Part shown: one piece after another, positions 62,664 through 64,000 of the stretch
How positions within the stretch are numbered: the stretch's first letter is position 1
Layout of the letters: each line of letters opens with the position of its first letter
Source: Octopus sinensis
Lineage: Eukaryota
Assembly: GCF_006345805.1 (NCBI RefSeq)
Contig: NC_043003.1
Coordinates: 109,616,001-109,680,000 of the forward strand
DNA: 64,000 bases
Direction of reading: 5' to 3'
Translations under genes and position numbers: made by a program
The notes under the pieces: model-generated
The model's input: only the letters and a program-made list of their open reading frames with translations
Told to the model about the DNA's origin: nothing
Databases searched by the model: none

Positions 62664-64000
62664 ATATATATATATATATATATATATAAATGCGAAATGA
62701 AGTTCTGAATATACAATTTTGATAATAATTTAAGTACTAATATGGTAGTTTAAATTATATTTATTGGTTAATTTGTTTATTATTTATTTTACTTAGAACT
62801 CAATACTTCTTTATTTGTTGTAAACTTCATGCTGCAAACTAAAGCAAAAAACAAACAAACGAATAAATAACTATGCGCTAATGACGCAGGTGGATTAATC
62901 AAAGGATTAAGCACAAGATATCCGAGTGAGAGGTCAGGGGTATACTTTCCATTAGGTGTACACCGTTCAGATATTACCAACGCATTTAGCTCTCACTTGC
63001 GGACGTCACGGGGGTTTACATAGGTACTACAGAGTAAAATATCTCCCCGCCCCCTTAAAGAGCCCTAATGTTATAAAATTTGGCGAATTGTACGGTGAAA
63101 CCTAGCATAAATATTAATTCATCATAGCTATCTGTAGCATACTAGTGGCCTGTCCAGAGGAGTACTTGTCTCTCATTCACAGAAATAAACGACATATGCA
63201 GTTCAGAAAACGCAAAGAAGCAAAACAAAACAAAAAAAAAACGATTTTATAACTGTGTATTGGAATTATCATTGGGATGTACACAGCAGTGTAATTTAAT
63301 TGTTTCAAAATCGATAAAATCGGTTGAAGCAGCCCGCTCTTTATCATTTTATATTCTACTTTTTTGTTCTTAATATAATGTTGGCGTTGCCTTAAGCCCA
63401 AAGCTGCAAAGATTTCCAAATGGATCTTGTCAAGGAAAAATGAAAGTCAATTTGAGACATAATAGCTTCCTTTACGTTTAGCAGGTGTCTCAGACACCTA
63501 AAATGCCTTGGTTCCGGAGTACCTTGATCACTGAGGAAGTTGCAGGTTAAAAGAGTATCCAGGAGTCATGACCTAGATGCAGTCCAACCTTGAGAGGGTC
63601 AGTCCGGGTCTTGAGAGTTAAGGGTTGAAACTCTCGTATAATTGGAAGAACTTCTGATGTTCAGTTTTTTCTAGAGCTTCTCACTACCAGTCTGAAGACT
63701 GCTCATAGCTTCTACATGCTGTCATTGAAATCGAACTGAGAGCAGTTGCATCCGATAAATATGGTTAATGTTCAGTTTAAACGTTTATAGATCAGTCGTG
63801 GCGTATGAAGACAATCCAGTAGAAAAACAAACAAACAAACAAAGTCCTCCTTTGGCTCAGATTATTAATGGTAGCAATCAACTTTTCGCTCATTTAAAGA
63901 ATTTATTATGACAATGAAGGTGTAATTTAATTTATAAAATTTCACTTATCTAATAAATATCTGACTCGCACTAAGACGTCTGATTCCAGCAGAGAATAAA

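Overview
AT-rich, microsatellite-dense eukaryotic DNA. It is most likely intergenic or intronic sequence from a coleoid cephalopod (Octopus). That assignment is an inference from repeat families I recognise, not a database result. No host protein-coding gene could be assembled with confidence, and nearly all ORFs in the supplied track are artefacts of (TA)n, (CTAT)n, (CA)n, (ATT)n and (GAT)n repeats. The window is a dense record of mobile elements. DNA transposons: a DD37D/maT-like Tc1/mariner relic, a Chapaev3-like (CMC) 3' end, a 2-kb Charlie/Buster-type hAT with TIRs and an 8-bp TSD, MITEs, and a 414-bp fold-back. Rolling-circle elements: two complete non-autonomous Helitrons and two Helentron/HINE-like copies. 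LINE fragments: RTE and L1/Tx1, including one Tx1 copy whose whole RT domain is removed by an in-frame deletion. Penelope-like relics absent from or unlabelled in the ORF track: a Naiad-type RT, a GIY-YIG endonuclease and a minimal hammerhead-like motif. There are also dozens of tRNA-derived SINEs whose heads, cores and tails appear in different combinations. Weak candidates for a Pol II promoter and a few exons on the + strand are noted at low confidence. I found no CRISPR, rRNA or intact tRNA gene, and no clearly novel coding system. The most interesting signals are in retroelement architecture.
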